The notes beneath the pieces are model-generated. The model saw only the letters and a program-made list of their open reading frames with translations, was not told the DNA's origin and searched no databases. Position numbers and translations under genes: made by a program. From assembly GCA_024278835.1 (NCBI GenBank), contig JAJRSK010000042.1, forward strand, positions 30-64,029: a stretch of 64,000 nucleotides of DNA, read 5' to 3'. Of this stretch, positions 35,781 to 46,549 are shown in pieces. Numbering within the stretch: the stretch's first letter is position 1; each line of letters starts with the position of its first letter. This stretch comes from Campylobacterales bacterium. GTDB lineage: Bacteria; Campylobacterota; Campylobacteria; Campylobacterales; QNZT01.

Positions 35781-37661
35781 ATGGAAAAATATGTATATAT
35801 AGCACTTTTTGCTCCGTTAGTGGGGTCTCTGTTTGCCGCTATTTTTGGTGCTACACCAAAGAAGTTGTTTGTAGGCATCGTGACAAGTGGTCTTTTGTTT
35901 ACTTCGTGAGTGGCATCAATCATACTTTTGATGAATGTGCATGGTGAGCATACGATTCATGTAAAGATGATGGATTGGATAGCTGCTGGGGGATTTGACC
36001 TTGATTTTGGCTTTATGGCTGATCAAGTTTCTGTTATCATGATGGTAACGGTGACTACGGTTTCAACACTGGTACATGTCTATTCTATAGGGTATATGGA
36101 TCATGACAAGGGCTTCAATAGATACTTTTCATATCTTTCAGCATTTGTATTCTCAATGATGATACTTGTTATGAGTGATAACTTCTTGGGTCTATTTATA
36201 GGTTGGGAAGGCGTTGGTGTCTGTTCTTGGTTACTTATTGGTCACTGGTACTTTAAAGAAGATGTTAGTACAGATGTCAATCCTGCGATTTCTCCTTCTT
36301 ATGCAGCCAATGAAGCATTTGTGATGAATAGAATAGCTGATCTTGGTATGCTTATCGGTATTTTTATGATTTATTGGAATCTTGGTTCTTTAAATTATGA
36401 TGTTGTCTTTGCCAATATAGGTACATTGAGTCATGGTACAATTACAGCTATCGGTATTTTCTTATTTATCGGAGCTATGGGTAAATCAGCACAATTTCCA
36501 TTGCATACTTGGCTTGCCAACGCGATGGAAGGTCCAACACCAGTTTCTGCATTAATTCATGCGGCAACAATGGTTACAGCCGGTGTCTATTTGGTGATTA
36601 GAAGTAATGAAATTTATATGTTGATTCCAAATGTAGGATATTTTATCGCTTGTCTTGGTGCTTTTGTTGCAGTATTTGCTGCGTCAATGGCATTGGTCAA
36701 TATGGAACTTAAAAGAATCATCGCTTACTCAACACTCTCACAACTAGGATATATGTTTGTAGCGGCTGGACTTGGTGCTTATTGGATAGCACTTTTCCAC
36801 CTTATGACACACGCATTTTTTAAGTCTGTTCTTTTCCTTGGTGCAGGTAATGTTATGCATGCTATGGATGATGAAAGATATATCAATAAAATGGGTGGAC
36901 TTGGTAAAGTCTTACCATGGACGATGGGTATCATGACGGTTGCTTCTGTTGCCCTCGCGGGTATCTGGCCATTGGCTGGTTTCTTCTCAAAAGATAAGAT
37001 TTTAGAGACAGCATTTGCTGAAAATCACTATATATTATGGGTAATGCTTTGGATGGGTGCTGGTATGACAGCGTACTATAGTTTTAGACTCATTATGATG
37101 GTGTTTTTTGGTAAGAAAAACTATGGTACTGAGAAACATCCACATGAAGCGTATACATTTGTTATCGTTGCGATGTTACCATTGGCAATCTTAGCAGTTA
37201 TTGCTGGTTTCTTTGAACATCCATTTATGCACTATGTGACGCAAGTTTTACCAGAATATCATCCACATGTAAGTACAGGTACTTTTATCTTCTTATTAGT
37301 GGTGACATTAGGAATTGCATTGAGTGGTATTGCCTTGGCAATCATCAAGTTTTCAAAAGGTGATTTCGATGACTTTTTTAGAAAAATTGGGGTACATAAA
37401 GTGTTGTCAAATCAATACTTTATACCACAGTTTTATGCTGATAAAATAGTGAAGCCTTATGGTGCTTTGTCTAAATTGGCGTGGAAGATAGATATGAAGA
37501 TAGTGGACGCGACCGTTGATATGATCGCAGGAGTCATCTATAAAACAGGTGATAAAGCAAGATGGATGCAAAGTGGTAACTTATCAAACAACTTAAGATG
37601 GATGGTCTTTGGTTTGGTGATTTTACTGTTACTTGCAGTTATTTATAGACCTGGTATGTAA
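35781..37661 (+). pseudogene. nuoL: NADH-quinone oxidoreductase subunit L with an in-frame TGA at codon 43
   Basis: ATG 35781 opens MEKYVYIALFAPLVGSLFAAIFGATPKKLFVGIVTSGLLFTS, then TGA (35907-35909). The same frame continues as VASIILLMNVHG... to 37661. The ORF track only reports 35910..37661. Confidence 0.8.
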
Positions 37662-37672
37662 GGAGTAGGCGG

Positions 37673-39199
37673 ATGAATTCATTATTAACATTATTAATAT
37701 TCTTCCCAGCGGCAGCTGCGTTGTTTGGATATATGATTGAACAAAAAAATATAAGAGCGTATGGTATCACAATTACAGCGATTGAATTTGTGTTATCTTT
37801 GGCTTTGTGGCTTGGATATGACGGCACTGTTGCTGGTTATCAATTTATGGAGCATGCTTCGATAGTGGCCTCATATGGTATCAATTATGATTTAGGTATA
37901 GATGGTATATCACTGTTTTTAATTATCATGAGTACGTTTATGACGATGATTGCTATCATTGGCTTGACAGTTAAAGATAATCTGAAAAACTTGATTATTT
38001 CAGTACTTGTGTTAGAGATGACTATGGTGGGAGTTTTTGCTGCATTAGATGTGATACTTTTTTATATCTTTTGGGAACTTTCTTTAATTCCTATGTTATA
38101 TATCATCGGTGCATGGGGTGCAAAACTACGAATATATGCAGCAGTTAAATTTTTCCTCTATACCTTTGCTGGTTCGTTGGTGATGTTGCTGGGTATATTA
38201 TATGCAGCATTTCTCTATCATGATAGTACAGGTATGTGGTCATTTTCTATTGAAGCGTGGCAAGCGTTTCCATTTGCATATACTGATCAATTATGGTTAT
38301 TTGCAGCCTTTTTCTTTGGATTTGCTATCAAAGTACCAATGGTGCCGTTTCATACGTGGTTACCATATGCACATGGTCAAGCACCAACGATTGGTTCAGT
38401 AATCTTAGCAGCGGTACTTTTGAAGATGGGAACTTATGGTTTTGTAAGATTTTCTCTTCCTATGTTCCCAGATGCTTCTGTTTACTATATGATTCCAGTA
38501 GCGATAGTGGCACTTGTCATGATAGTTTATACTGCGCTTATTGCGTATGCGCAAGAAGATATGAAACAAGTCATTGCGTATAGTTCGGTATCACACATGG
38601 GGGTTATCGTACTTGGTACATTTGCGATGAACTCTGAAGGTATCACTGGTTCACTATTTTTGATGCTTTCACATGGTATTGTCTCGGGTGCTCTGTTTAT
38701 GCTTGTGGGTGTTATATATGATAGAAGACATACAAAATTGATGAGTGAGTTTGGTGGGTTGGCGTCAGTTATGCCGATTTATGCAACTATTTTTGCTGTG
38801 ATGTTAATGGCTTCAGTAGGATTACCATTAACAATTGGTTTTGTTGGTGAGTTTTTATCTTTATTAGGTTTCTTCAAAGTATCACCTATCATAACAGCCA
38901 TTGCTGGAACAACGATTATTTTTGGAGCAGTATATATGTTGTCGCTTTACAAAAAATCATTTTTTGGTCCATTAAAGAACGAAAAAAATGCAAATTTAAA
39001 AGATTTGACATCACAAGAGTTGACAGCACTTGTGCCGTTGGTAGCCTTGGTGGTTATTTTGGGTGTATACCCGAAACCTGTGTTAGATCCAATCGATGGG
39101 AGTGTTAAAACTATGATAGTCAATATGGATAAAAAAGCAGTTACACAAGAAGCAAAAGATATGTTTGCTAAAGCAAATACAATCGGAAAGGATAAATAA
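37673..39199 (+). CDS. nuoM: NADH-quinone oxidoreductase subunit M
   Basis: Antiporter-like subunit. Motifs [15 protein letters not shown] and AYSSVSHMG. Confidence 0.9.
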   Translation: MNSLLTLLIFFPAAAALFGYMIEQKNIRAYGITITAIEFVLSLALWLGYDGTVAGYQFMEHASIVASYGINYDLGIDGISLFLIIMSTFMTMIAIIGLTVKDNLKNLIISVLVLEMTMVGVFAALDVILFYIFWELSLIPMLYIIGAWGAKLRIYAAVKFFLYTFAGSLVMLLGILYAAFLYHDSTGMWSFSIEAWQAFPFAYTDQLWLFAAFFFGFAIKVPMVPFHTWLPYAHGQAPTIGSVILAAVLLKMGTYGFVRFSLPMFPDASVYYMIPVAIVALVMIVYTALIAYAQEDMKQVIAYSSVSHMGVIVLGTFAMNSEGITGSLFLMLSHGIVSGALFMLVGVIYDRRHTKLMSEFGGLASVMPIYATIFAVMLMASVGLPLTIGFVGEFLSLLGFFKVSPIITAIAGTTIIFGAVYMLSLYKKSFFGPLKNEKNANLKDLTSQELTALVPLVALVVILGVYPKPVLDPIDGSVKTMIVNMDKKAVTQEAKDMFAKANTIGKDK

Positions 39200-40692
39200 T
39201 GTTAGATCCAATTTCAATAGATGTTGCATCATTAAATCTTGCTAGTTTGCTTCCAATGTCAATCATCATTTTGGGAGCATTGGCTATAATTGTTATAGAC
39301 TTAGTGACAAAAGATCTTCATAAGAGTTTTTATGTTGTTATCAGTGAACTGTTTATTCTTCTTTCCCTTGGAGCTGTATTTGGATACTCTGGGGATGCAA
39401 GAGGCTTTTTTGATGTGATGTTGGTGGATGGTATCGCTCAATTATCAGAAGGTATCATATTGGTGGCGTCAGCTCTTTTTATACCATTGGCATTAACATC
39501 TAAACGTTTTCACGAGTATTCGTATCCAGAGTTCTTTGCACTCTTTTTGTTTATGATTGCTGGTTTCCAATTCATGGTAGCAACTGATAATTTAATCATG
39601 ATTTTTATCGGTTTAGAGACAGCATCTTTGGCACTTTATACACTCATAGCAATGCACAATAGAGAGAGATCACTGGAAGCAGCTATCAAGTATTTTACGA
39701 TGGGTGCCTTAGCCGCTGGTTTCTTTGTATTTGGTGCGATGATTTTATATGCCTTGACAGGAAGTGTTGAGATTCATAAGATTTCAGAAGTCTTAGTGAC
39801 TAAACACTTTGAGCCGATGGCTGGTGTATTAACAGCAGTTGTCTTTATGCTTGCAGCACTAGGATTTAAACTCTCTATGGTGCCATTCCAAACATGGGTA
39901 CCAGATGTTTATGAAGGTGCTTCTGCACCACTAGCTGGATATATGTCGGTTGTGCCAAAGATTGCAGGTCTTGTTGTGGCGATGAGACTTTTTGAATTTT
40001 TAGTACATGCAGATGTTGTATGGGTACAAAATATACTATGGATAGTAGCCGTTGTTACTATGACATTAACGAATATCATGGCACTTGTACAAGAATCAGT
40101 CAAAAGAATGCTTGCCTATAGTTCTATCTCTCACGCTGGTTTTGTTATGTCAGCGATTTTGATAGGAACCACACAGGCAAACTCGGCACTCTTTTTATAC
40201 TGGGTACTTTTTATGTTTACGAACCTTGGAGCATTTACCATGCTATGGGTATCTCGTCATAAAACAAAAGTAGGTGAAAACAAGACTAGATTTGATCATC
40301 CTTATGAAAAATTTTCTGGTATGGTGAAAATTATGCCAGTTAATGCTCTTATCATGGGTCTATTTATGCTCTCACTTGCGGGTATGCCGCCATTTTCACT
40401 ATTTTGGGGTAAGTTGTATCTCATGAGTTCAGCGATTAACTCTGGATTTATTGTACTTGCAGGGATCATGGCACTTAACTCGGCTATATCTGTATATTAT
40501 TACCTGAAACTGGTAGTGTATATGTTTCTTAGAGAACCGAGCAAAGATAGTAGCATCATATATATGAAAGGTGCACCTGTTGCACTAAAAACAATTATAG
40601 GTTTTTCTGCAGCAGCTACACTACTTGGTACTTTTATGGTAAGTCCTCTTTTGGATATGATTACACAGTATGTGAAGGCTAGTGGATTTTAA
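39199..40692 (+). CDS. nuoN: NADH-quinone oxidoreductase subunit N
   Basis: Antiporter-like subunit, last in the operon. Motifs [20 protein letters not shown] and AYSSISHAG. Confidence 0.9.
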   Translation: MLDPISIDVASLNLASLLPMSIIILGALAIIVIDLVTKDLHKSFYVVISELFILLSLGAVFGYSGDARGFFDVMLVDGIAQLSEGIILVASALFIPLALTSKRFHEYSYPEFFALFLFMIAGFQFMVATDNLIMIFIGLETASLALYTLIAMHNRERSLEAAIKYFTMGALAAGFFVFGAMILYALTGSVEIHKISEVLVTKHFEPMAGVLTAVVFMLAALGFKLSMVPFQTWVPDVYEGASAPLAGYMSVVPKIAGLVVAMRLFEFLVHADVVWVQNILWIVAVVTMTLTNIMALVQESVKRMLAYSSISHAGFVMSAILIGTTQANSALFLYWVLFMFTNLGAFTMLWVSRHKTKVGENKTRFDHPYEKFSGMVKIMPVNALIMGLFMLSLAGMPPFSLFWGKLYLMSSAINSGFIVLAGIMALNSAISVYYYLKLVVYMFLREPSKDSSIIYMKGAPVALKTIIGFSAAATLLGTFMVSPLLDMITQYVKASGF

Positions 40693-40698
40693 TTTGAG

Positions 40699-40726
40699 AT
40701 AGGTAGCTAGTAGACTAGCTACCTAT
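40699..40726. terminator. Hairpin terminating the nuo operon
   Basis: ATAGGTAGCTAG-taga-CTAGCTACCTAT forms a perfect 12-bp stem, 7 nt after the nuoN stop. There is no strong U-tract. Confidence 0.5.
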
Positions 40727-40809
40727 ACTTAGCCTTGTATAGAATATTCGATATTCTGTTTTTAATTTTAGGCATATGTATAAGCCTTTCTCCTTAAAAT
40801 AATCTCCTT

Positions 40810-40818
40810 ATGCTATAA
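40810..40818 (+). promoter_or_regulatory. Extended -10 element TGCTATAAT only 8 nt before ATG 40827
   Basis: Exact TGnTATAAT. The spacing implies a leaderless or near-leaderless transcript. Confidence 0.35.
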
Positions 40819-40826
40819 TCAACCCT

Positions 40827-43184
40827 ATGATTAAATCAATATTTTTAATTTTATTTCCTATATATTTAATTAGTGGAACTCTTGCACTAAATGTTGTTCG
40901 TGATAATAATAAAACTTACTCTATCATGCATATCGAAGATAGTGAAACGATAAGATGTGATGTAAAGATGAATAGTGATTTTAAAGATCAAATTATATGT
41001 CAATTTAAAAATATACTAACCCACGATGCCGAACCATTAGAAAATAGATACTTCAAAATTGATTTATTTGATAAACAAATTGTCGTGACACCTAAATATA
41101 ATTTTGAATACTATCCATTGAAAAAAACATTTATCAAAGACAAGACTATTGATACTGACAAAGGCTTATCTTATAGTCATTGGATAATCATAGGTTTTAA
41201 AGGTAAGTCAACACTTTATACTAAAAAGAGAGAGAGTGGTCTCTCATTCCCGATAGAATTTAAAAAAAGTACATTGCCAGCTATTGGGGAGTTGGATTTT
41301 GATTTAAACCCCATTGAGAAAAATATAAATGCTAAAGCACTTGTGAAGATAAAAGCACTCTATCATGATAAAAAATATGAAAAAGTCATAAAAGAGGCCG
41401 ACTATCTCTCAAGTGAAGAAAAGAGTAGTTTTACTAACGAAGCAAAACTATTTAAGATTCGCTCACTTGATAAAATCATAAATGACACAGACACAAAATC
41501 CAATGATGATGGACTTGACCCTCTTGATATCATTGATTTAGCCCATGATTGGATAGCTGATAACCCATCCAATATACATCTCCCTGAGATGTATATGTAT
41601 ATTGCAAAGACCTATTTAAAGATAGGAAGATCAAGTAAAGCAAAAAAGTATTTAGATATTTTAGAGAGTGAATACAAAGATAGTAAATATAATTTTCTTG
41701 CAAAACTTGCTAATGCTGATAAGATATATAGAGTTAAGAACAAAGATGATGCCATAAAAAGATATAAAGAGATTTTATATAATACAAAAGATTTTGAAGT
41801 TGCATCGATAGCAGCCTTAAAACTCACCAAGGCATATGCAGATAAAAAAAAGATAAAAAAGGCCAAGGAATTTTTTCAAAAAATTCTTACGGCTAATGAG
41901 TCATTTGTCAAATCCCATGCAGAAGAAGCGTATGTACTGGCAAAAACATTCGCAGAGAATAATGAGAGTAATGTCTCCTTGCAGATAGGAACATTACTGC
42001 ACAATGATATAAAGAATTCTCAACTAGATGAAGATGAACTTAAGAAAAATATCGCATATTGGAATGAAAAAGCAAAAAATAATGACAAGGCGATAGAGCT
42101 ATATAAACAATATCTTGATGTTGAAAAATATGGAAAATATAGAGACTTTGTAAGTGAGAGACTCGACAAAGTGATGCTAGGCAGTGACGAAAGCAATGAG
42201 ACGAAAAAATTAGCCTATCTTGATACTATCATGACAAAGTATAAAGAAGATGCCATTTATGCTAAAGCACTGTTAGCAAAAGCAAATATATTGTTAAAAG
42301 ATGCAAAGTATGATGAGATTTTATCTATGAAAAAGCCTCTAAAAAAATATGGTGGTGAAACGCTATTAAAGGAGGTAGCCAAAAAGCAGTTGGCTATATA
42401 CTATCATGATAAGAGGTGTAAAGAGGCAGTAGCACTAGAAGATGAGTACAATCTCAGCGTTCAGCCAAGTCAAGAAGAGTTAGCATTTAACTGTTATAGT
42501 CAGTTAAATGCATACGATAAAGCACTCTCTATATCCAAAAAGAAGATGAAAAGTGATGACTTAGAAGAGAAATTGAAATGGACTTATAATAGTGCAAAGA
42601 TTTATATCAAACAAAGAAAAAACAAGGCTCTGATTTTGGCTGCTGATGATGTAGACAAACTACAGAAATTAGTCAAAACGGATAAGTACAATGATATTAT
42701 TTATGAGAAGATAGAGGCGTATTATCATCTGGGTGGATATGATGAGTTGATGCTACGAGAGGTGCAACGATGCGAAAAGATTTTTCCAGACAGTGTCAAA
42801 AATCTTGATGTTTTTGAAAAGGTACTACGCTATGCAAAAAAGAGAAAAGATATATCACTCATCATCAACTACGCCAAAAAGATGATAGCACTCCAAGAGA
42901 AGTACCACCTAGACACTTATACACCCAAGCTAGAACTGGACTACATCAAAGCCCTAAGAGAGAAAGGTATGTATAAAAAAGCCCTAGAAGAAGATATCAA
43001 GCTACTCTACAAGAAACTCAGCGACGCACAGCGTGCCCAAGTGCTCTACATCGCAGGAGATTTAAGCGAAAAGTTCAAAAAGTTCAAAGAAGCCAAAGAG
43101 TTTTATACTAAGTGTGGAGAGATAGTATATGACACGGCATGGGTAGAGCTATGTAGTGAGAATTTGCAGTTGTTGGATGAGTAG
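40827..43184 (+). CDS. Large secreted TPR/helical-repeat protein
   Basis: Signal-like N-terminus MIKSIFLILFPIYLISGTLA. The C-terminal 550 aa are Lys/Glu/Tyr/Ala-rich helical repeats of TPR-like spacing. Confidence 0.5.
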   Translation: MIKSIFLILFPIYLISGTLALNVVRDNNKTYSIMHIEDSETIRCDVKMNSDFKDQIICQFKNILTHDAEPLENRYFKIDLFDKQIVVTPKYNFEYYPLKKTFIKDKTIDTDKGLSYSHWIIIGFKGKSTLYTKKRESGLSFPIEFKKSTLPAIGELDFDLNPIEKNINAKALVKIKALYHDKKYEKVIKEADYLSSEEKSSFTNEAKLFKIRSLDKIINDTDTKSNDDGLDPLDIIDLAHDWIADNPSNIHLPEMYMYIAKTYLKIGRSSKAKKYLDILESEYKDSKYNFLAKLANADKIYRVKNKDDAIKRYKEILYNTKDFEVASIAALKLTKAYADKKKIKKAKEFFQKILTANESFVKSHAEEAYVLAKTFAENNESNVSLQIGTLLHNDIKNSQLDEDELKKNIAYWNEKAKNNDKAIELYKQYLDVEKYGKYRDFVSERLDKVMLGSDESNETKKLAYLDTIMTKYKEDAIYAKALLAKANILLKDAKYDEILSMKKPLKKYGGETLLKEVAKKQLAIYYHDKRCKEAVALEDEYNLSVQPSQEELAFNCYSQLNAYDKALSISKKKMKSDDLEEKLKWTYNSAKIYIKQRKNKALILAADDVDKLQKLVKTDKYNDIIYEKIEAYYHLGGYDELMLREVQRCEKIFPDSVKNLDVFEKVLRYAKKRKDISLIINYAKKMIALQEKYHLDTYTPKLELDYIKALREKGMYKKALEEDIKLLYKKLSDAQRAQVLYIAGDLSEKFKKFKEAKEFYTKCGEIVYDTAWVELCSENLQLLDE

Positions 43185-43231
43185 AAAAAATAAAAAAATC
43201 TTTATCAAGTAAATGAATTTCTTATTTAAGG

Positions 43232-43297
43232 CTCAATTGTAGCTGAATTGTCACCAAAATGTGCTTCAATTGTTGCCCAATTGTTGCCAAAACAAAA
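43232..43297. repeat. Array of 5-6 tandem 11-bp units containing CAATTGT
   Basis: ctCAATTGTag, ctGAATTGTca, ccAAAATGTgc, ttCAATTGTtg, ccCAATTGTtg, ccaaaacaaaa, in strict 11-bp register from 43232. Confidence 0.6.
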
Positions 43298-43430
43298 ACT
43301 TTTCAAATCTATAAAGATTAAGATAGATATTTAAGTTTAGTTTGTTACAGTTGTAAGGGTATATCATGATATAGAACTTTGGTTTTCTGTAAAGATTTAA
43401 ATTTTTTAGACAATGATAGGAAAATTTTAC

Positions 43431-46009
43431 ATGAATAAGAATTTAGTAAGTAAAAGTTTATCACTATTGGTGCTACCATTATTGATAGGCTGCGGTGGAT
43501 CTAGTGATCCAACTAGTAGTGTAGTTTCAGAAACAGACAATAGTTCTGTTACAAAAATGGGGGGGGTTCTAAAATCCTTTCAAATGGTCAAGCGATGTCC
43601 ATCATCCCCAAACAAGCAACAGGTAATGGTGACTACTATCTAGCACCAAGTGTAAAGTTTGCCAAGATAGGTATGGGAAACCATGTAACAGAGATGACTT
43701 ACATCGATGAAAATGGTGACAATCACTATGGATTAGATAACATCTTCAAAACACATCTCAAGGTGATGTCTTTAGATATGCACTATAACTCTAGCAATGC
43801 AAGAGATGGCTATGTAGATATGGGACACTGGAGGACAAGCTTTACCTCTCGTATGGACTTTCCTATCAACGAAGGGGATATCAAAGACAAGTCAAACTTT
43901 TATGATACGCCTAGAGATGCTTGCGAGAGTGGATTTGCTGATATAAAAGAGAGTGCTTATAGAGGGATTTTAAAAGAGGCTACTTCAGTCTATGATAAAG
44001 ACCATGATATGTGTATCCTCAAACAAGATGGAAAAGATATCGGTAAATTTATCGTATGGAATCGAAGTCAAAAAAGAGATGATGTTCACTATATAGAGAC
44101 AGCTGCACAAGAGTTTTTAACCTTTGTTAAAAATGATGAAGGCAAGTTTGTATCTGAACAAAGTGGTATCGTACTTGAACTAACACAAGAGGAAAATGGT
44201 GCATTTAGCTACAAAGATGCACAAGACATCCTCAGACGCTATAACAGTGATGGAAAACTTGTCTATATCATGAAAGAAGGACAAGAAGCACACCTGACTT
44301 ATGATGAGAGTGGCAAGCTAGATAAAGTGACTGGTGCTTTAGACAATGTGATAGACTTTGATTATAACGAAGATGGGCTTGTAACTGAAATCAGTATAAA
44401 TCAAGAACAGGCTAAAGTGGCAATAGACTATGATGATAAAAAGCTCTTTAGTAGTTTTAGTATGCTGGTAAGAGATAATAATGGTACTATGCAAAATCCA
44501 AATACAACGAACTTCAGTTATACAGAAAAAAATTTACTTTCACAAATAAAAATTCTTGGGAAAATAGATGAAAGCAACAATACAATTCCAGATGTCTTGA
44601 TGTATTTTGGTTATGATACTTTAAATAGAGTAGATAAAACTGAAAGTACCGCGGGAATGGAGCATTATAAATATCATTCGTTAAAGGTAGAAAAAACTTT
44701 ACATAACGGAGCTATTGTAGATTCAGATATCATCTTTTTTAAATCAAAACAGATGATAAAAAGAATGGAAGATGCTTCTATCTTAACTGAATATGATTTC
44801 AACAAAGAAGGATTGGTAAGTGAAGTTGCTTTAGCGGAAGAGGTAGAAGATAATAATTCATCAAATATACAATCAAATGCATTATCTTTAACAAAAACTT
44901 TAAATATTCAAATAGACTACAATAAAAAAGGACTTATAAAATCTCAGTATCTTGAAACATCTGATGGTACTAAAAAGTTTACAAACTATGAGTACAAGAC
45001 TCAATATAATAAACCTACAAAGGTGCTAACTGAAAAAGATGTTACATTTTTCGACTTCAATAACAAAGGTCAATTGATAAAGATGTCGTATTTGAAGTAT
45101 GATAAAGATATGAAGTTAAAATCTCATGCTCTTGAAGATATTAAACTAGAATCAGAGTATCAAGAGATATCATATGTCTATGATAAAGAGGGAATGTTGG
45201 TAAAAGCTACTGATGAAGTTGAAGGCGATATAACAAACTTTATTTCGACAAGAAATGGTGAAAGTTTAGCAGGAAACATCCAATCAAACGGTTGGAATAC
45301 TGCTATGCTATCGGGTTGGACTTTTTGGAATCCTACTTCTTGGTGGACTAGATGGGTTAAAGGATCTGTCAATGGCACAGTATATAATGTTGCAGACGCA
45401 AACACAAAAACAGCCTTTATTAGTGGAGCTGGAGGCAGTAGTGCTCGCTCTTTATATGCTTGGAATGTAAATAATAATTCTCAACATTTTCACTGGGAAA
45501 GCATTAGTTATCATCGATATTTAAGACAAGATATATTCGATAAAGGAAATGCAGAAAGGTTAGTAGTTATTGGTCATAGTTATGGGGGAGACAGCGATGT
45601 TGAAGGTGCTTGTGCTCCTAGAATTGATAAAAAGGTAGATTTATTAATCACCGTTGATCCAGTTGGAGTACAACCTCATATGCTATTTACCAGAGCACGC
45701 ACAAAGTTCTGGATAAATATATATGCTGATGCAGGAAGACAGTGGCCTGGTATCAAGATAAAGTGGAAGTGTGGCTGGTGGTATTGTTACCCTAAGTTTT
45801 ATTACTTAGATTCACAATGGCATGGTTCTGATTGGATAGCTTGGCTAGGTGGTAAAGGAAGCTATTCGTCATATGGAAAATATGTTCCTGCTAATAAACG
45901 TATAACAGTTCGAGCTCATCATGATGAAGTTCAAATAATGGTTAATGACTTACAGTCCAAATATGGAAATAACTATGATTTCAATATTAGAAACTATCTT
46001 AACCATTAA
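43431..46009 (+). pseudogene. YD/RHS-like-repeat lipoprotein with C-terminal alpha/beta-hydrolase (lipase-like) domain, frame broken at a G8 tract
   Basis: RBS AGGAAA. Lipobox LPLLIGCGGSS. ORF 43413-43643 and ORF 43595-46009 join if the G8 run becomes G9 (...TKMGGGSKILSNGQAMSIIPK...). Repeats YDESGKL, YNEDGLV, YNSDGKL, FNKEGLV, YNKKGLI, FNNKGQL, YDKEGML. C-terminal VVIGHSYGGDS, TVDPVG and AHHDE. Confidence 0.6.
43559..43566 (+). repeat. Poly-G tract (G8) inside the lipoprotein gene
   Basis: atgGGGGGGGttc. It is the longest G/C homopolymer I noticed in the window and lies exactly at the frame break. Confidence 0.7.
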
Positions 46010-46549
46010 TTTAAAGCATAACAATCACTTTATAGTGATTGTTATGCTTGGTTTGGTTTTTACTTTTAATGGTTGCACTAAAAAAGTTGATGTTGTTAGC
46101 TTTATTGAAAAGATTGATGGTCCAAATCTTGACGATTATAATCTGATTATGCAAAGACATAATAATAAAGAGATATTTAATCAAGAAGATGAAACATCTC
46201 TTTATAGGATGAGTTTTTTAATACACTTAACCTATGATAAAGATAGAGAGTACTCTCCTCCATCAATTAAGTTGGCATCATGTGATAAAAAAACAGTGTA
46301 TCCCTATTTAGTAAAAGTTTTTTTACTGATGAAAGAAATACGTATTATTTCTATTTTAAAATTAGCGAGTTGAAAGAAATAGGTTTCAGTATAGACAAAG
46401 AAGAAAATCTATGTCTTTATCAATCAGAAATACATAAAAATGGTGTATCTGGTGCTATGGAAGAGTTTAATATCCAAAGTAACAAAATAATTATACCCTC
46501 AAACGAACTTGAAAATATTGTACTAGAATATGAAAGTTTAACCCAATGA
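45975..46549 (+). pseudogene. Candidate immunity lipoprotein, frame broken at a T7 run
   Basis: MISILETILTINLKHNNHFIVIVMLGLVFTFNGCTKK (lipobox-like) overlaps the toxin 3' end. The ORF stops at 46373, but the next frame is open from the T7 run (46318-46324) to TGA 46547-46549 (TDERNTYYFYFKISELKEIGF...EYESLTQ). Confidence 0.4.

Noticed and set aside
35907-35909. TGA read as Trp (genetic code 4) or as selenocysteine in nuoL.
   Set aside because: Many well-supported genes in the window terminate at TGA, for example moaD, nuoG1 and the 178-1500 ORF. The iterated palindrome also never occupies the frame that would expose its internal TGA, which shows TGA is a functional stop here. A Sec residue in a NuoL transmembrane helix has no precedent, and no obvious SECIS-like hairpin follows.
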